A stretch of DNA of 64,000 nt, taken from contig OU015567.1 of the NCBI GenBank assembly GCA_907165135.1, positions 248,001-312,000 on the forward strand, read 5' to 3'. Under the pieces are notes generated by a model. It saw only the letters and a list, made by a program, of their open reading frames with translations, searched no databases and was not told the DNA's origin. A program made the position numbers and the translations under genes. Shown piece after piece: positions 60,188 through 64,000 of the stretch. The DNA is from Oikopleura dioica (taxonomy: Eukaryota > Animalia > Chordata). The stretch's first letter is position 1. Each line of letters begins with the position of its first letter.

Positions 60188-61853
60188 ATGAGTGTTGTGA
60201 GGAAAAACGAAAAAGCGAAAAGATTCAAGAGGATTACTCTCGCTTCATTGGTCATTTTCGGACTTTTAGGATCTTCAATCGGTACAGTTTCCTTTTTCTT
60301 TGATTTTTCATTTTCTAGCCTTCTACCAATGCGTCCGAGAATACCTCTCCTTCGAGATCCATACCGAGCAAAAGTTCGTTGAAGTCCGCGAGGTAAGCAT
60401 TCTTGCTTCATTTAACAAAATTTATATCGGTTCGTAGCAACCATTTCCAACAGTGACGCTCTGCTTGAACTCGATGCATTCGAAGGAGAAAATCAGGGAA
60501 TATTATCCCGAGTTGGAATATATTCTTGACTTATTGTACTTCAATCAGCAGATGAATGAAGAAACCCTCCAGGAGATCAAATCTGGTCACTTGGCAGGTT
60601 CAAAAACCGGTCTTTTAGACTGTTTTATTCATTAATGCCTTTAGGGAACAGTGACTGGAGAAATTATGATGAGGTCATTATCGTCGAAGAGTTACTCCGT
60701 TCAACAACGATGTGGGAATTTGTTAACAAAACAAGTTCTCATTTCATGGTTTCGGCCTGCCGTGCTGGCTCAGTTGACTGTTCTGAGCGGACTGGTGTAT
60801 GGAAAGATGATTTTTTTGAACAAGGAAGATGCAAGACCTTTTCTGGTTCTTCTGCTAGATATCTTGATCTCAGTTAAATATAACTGAATTACATCGTCGA
60901 TGAATAATTTTTTAGTCATGATTTACAACAGAACAGATTGGACAGTCGGCTGGTCAAGTTTCTACGATGGAATAACGCTTTACTACTCAGAAAATACCTA
61001 CAAAAATGATGCCATATCAAAGCCGATGATATTTAATCGAATGATCACAAATCCGACAAATGCAGCTGTTGTTGGGCTCTCGAAGACAAAGAATGCTAAG
61101 CTTGGAAAACCATACTCACAGTGTGTCAAAAATGGAACGCTTAAGTACAGCAGTGCTGAATACACTATGGATAGCTGTCTCCATGAGTGCAAGGGTAATA
61201 AAAATTATCTGGTTCATAACTAAGAGCTGAGCCTCTTAGTGGATATAATCGTGGAAACTTGCGGCTGTCGGGCTCCATTTTTTCGAAAGCATGAAGACTT
61301 TTATTCATACCCTGATTGCACTGTCTTTGATCATATTTTCTGCGTCAAAGAAATTATGCAGGTAAAACAAATACAAGAATTTTAACTTACTTATGTTAGA
61401 AATTTAACTCGTTTCTGCGATTTGACTGCGATTGCACGACAACTTGCGAAGACTCTACCCTTTCAATATCATCAGTCAAGGTTGAGACTTTGAACTTGAA
61501 ATTTACAAGTCGAAAGAGTGACAGAATTCTTTTATTATAACTCATAATTGATAATCGACAATGGTTTTTTGCTCCTCTGATGCACTTTACACCTGTTCTG
61601 TACCTGTTTTCTCTTGCAACAACCAATCACAGTCCAATATGGGTCTCCAACCGTTGCCATAACTCTTCCAAAAGACATCTCCGTTACTACTTTTGACATC
61701 ATTATGAGTTCAAATATCGAAACAATTCGCGAAAAACCTTTATATCCATTTGAACGATTTATGTTAGATATTGGAGAAATTATCTTCATTCTCTTTGGCT
61801 TCTTGGCGATGATTTTTCTTTTTGGAAAAAAACAGGCAAAATCATCAACTTAA
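60188..61853 (+). CDS. DEG/ENaC (amiloride-sensitive channel superfamily) subunit, divergent
   Basis: TM1, then QPFPTVTLC, GRCKTFS, KLGKPYSQC..YTMDSCLHEC, TCGC, CDCTTTC, ETIREKPLYPFERFMLDIG, and a hydrophobic C-terminus. Confidence 0.85.
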
Positions 61854-62277
61854 ACGAGAAGATGGTGAGTTGGAATCGACGGGGGAATCTTCTGAATGAT
61901 ATTCGACGAATGCAATGAACAACGAAAAACTGAACAATTGTGAACTTTCACGATTTTTGTAAATAAAAGCTTTACTTTTATTGGTATTCTGTCATCTTTG
62001 TTGAAGTCTTTGATTTAACAACTTACGGGTTGAAAAAGACGGAAACCGCAAAATGAAAATTTGCTTGCAACAGAAGCTCCCTAAGACGGCTTCACCTGCT
62101 GCTTCTAGAATTGGACTAATTCAGAACTGACTTGGTCGAATAAACAGATTTGGGCGTTGCTTGAACGCGGATTTTAGTCATTCTTGGGGGTATATTTCTG
62201 ATTTTATGACTTTTATCGTTTCCTTTTACGACAATGCTAGATAGCTTGATGCGACTAGCAATAATTTTTCAAGTAAA

Positions 62278-63150
62278 ATGAGCACGAGCGATTCAAATTC
62301 ATCAGAGAGCACCCTAGGAGACTATCGAAATGAGCTATTGGAACATCCCCTTCAGCAGCATTTACCTGGAGAAGGTATCGAAAAACTTCATTTTGAATAC
62401 TTTTTCAATCACAAGATGCAGCGGCTAATAAAAGATTTTTAAGACGAATCACCAGTATCTCAAAGTTCACCTCGCGAAAATCGAAGTGATGTCGCCTCCT
62501 TACTCCTTCACTCTGTCTCAGTCATACATCAACTTGCCGACGATGTTGCTGCCATTAGGGCTGAAATGAAAAAAATGAAAGAAGAAAAGAAATATACCCT
62601 GACCGAAATGGAGAAAAGTCTACTTGCTGAGAAATATATGCTCCAGAAAATCGACACATTTGATACAAGGGAAGCAAGCTTAAGAGAAGATGTCATACTC
62701 TTCTTAAAAGCACTATCTGCCGGGAAAAAAATTGTTAATGTAAAAATTAACTATTTCAAAAGTGATTTCGACTCAAGATGGGGCATCCCACCAACCAGAC
62801 ATTTCGATAAAAAGAGGTCGGTCTTTCCATTACAGATCGTTGTTAATGAGTGGGGTGTACTTTTTGAAATGGAAAATGACTGGGATAGTGATTGGAGTCA
62901 TTCTGGTAGGTTTAGATGCTCAATGACATTGACTATTCCAGACGAACGGGAATTGACAGTTTTTGCAATGCATAATTCTCCTGAAAATGATTCTTCTGAA
63001 ATGATTATTGAAGAATATCTCGTATATCGTAAACCATATAAACTCAAGTTTGAGCTTTTCTGTTACGGTGGGGTTACACTTATTCCAAAAATTGTTGGTG
63101 TCGTTTCCATTCCTTCTGTAACTTGGACAGTAATAAATGATCTTGACTGA
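62278..63150 (+). CDS. Hypothetical two-exon protein with a short coiled coil
   Basis: ATG at 62278; GT-AG intron of about 62375-62443 joins in frame to ORF 62566-63150. Confidence 0.65.
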
Positions 63151-63714
63151 GTGACAGCTACACCATTGTTTCGTAATGCAAAGGTTAGAACTGCTTTCAA
63201 GCTAGCTAGAAACAAACACGATTAGTTTCTGTGCGAGTCTTCTAAATCTGATCTCGAAAATGAAATTGTCTCAAAGGTGTCGGACAAGGCGACATTTGAC
63301 GCATTTAGAAGGAGCTGACCCAAATGGAATTTATAAATGCGGTCTCATCTGAAGCTAAAATCCTTTCTTGGATAGGCATTCTTATATCCAAATCCAAAGA
63401 ACGCAGTTTGAAGCATTTGACGTCAGATATTTTTTTTTATTTTTTAAAATTTTTCATTGATTCTTGAATTATTCTTTGATCTATAAAAGAATATCCAAAA
63501 ATTATTTTGCATATTTTTCGTTCAGTTTTGACCCGATCAAAACAATGGTCCCATATCAATTCAAATTCAGATTTCATGCAGGGACCTTTGATTCAAAACC
63601 GCAAACAAGAATCTCTATCAATGAGGATTTGCATGACTCAGAGCTTTAGAAAATGGTCAAAGTCGAACAACTCGAACTTGCGCTCTGAAACCTGATCTCG
63701 GAATACAGGATTCC

Positions 63715-63860
63715 GACTCTTGTGTAGAAAACCTGAGTCAGGATCCTGAGAAAGCTTCGATAAGCGGCTTTGGAAGAAATTTGAATTAGCAATTTTAGGA
63801 TCTTTACTGAATTTTCGGCTCGGCAACCTGCGAAAAAAACCTGACTCAGGGTCTGATTGA
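63715..63860. mobile_element. Fragmented CCTGAGTCAGG-family ends
   Basis: TGTGTAGAAAACCTGAGTCAGG and GGCTCGGCAACCTGCG..CCTGACTCAGGG. Confidence 0.55.
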
Positions 63861-64000
63861 ACCTGTTTTTGATGATCATCATTTTTTGTTCAAACTTTGA
63901 TTAAACAATAATACATATTTTGCATAGAAATTTGTCGAGAAGAAAAATGGTCGATTGCGATTTTTAATGAGCTTTGATTTAATTGTCGATCCACGCTGGC

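Overview
This is a gene-dense, AT-rich animal genome segment. Introns are mostly about 40-50 nt, and several can only be spliced in frame with GA, GG or GC donors. That style fits an appendicularian tunicate (Oikopleura-like); this is inferred from sequence style, not from a database match. Recognisable spliced genes are ZFAND1, a ZnT1/SLC30A-type zinc exporter, an amnionless-like gene, a GT31 glycosyltransferase, a DEG/ENaC subunit, a C-type lectin receptor with four lectin domains plus a trefoil domain, and an LRR transmembrane protein. There are also three kelch-like propeller genes, a secreted Ly6-like mucin and a kinase fused to a papain-like domain. Mobile DNA is abundant. (1) A complete 3.26-kb hAT element has an 8-bp target-site duplication (TSD) and an open, intron-containing catalytic core. 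(2) A 5.9-kb non-autonomous LTR element has near-identical TG...TA LTRs, a gag with five zinc knuckles, no pol, clustered ETS/CTCF/AP-1 motifs, and an internal copy of its own flank. (3) There are many MITEs. In one MITE family (GGCTCG...CCTGAGTCAGG ends), several copies make up almost the whole of an intron with a non-canonical donor, which is introner-like behaviour. All gene models are manual readings and need RNA-seq confirmation.
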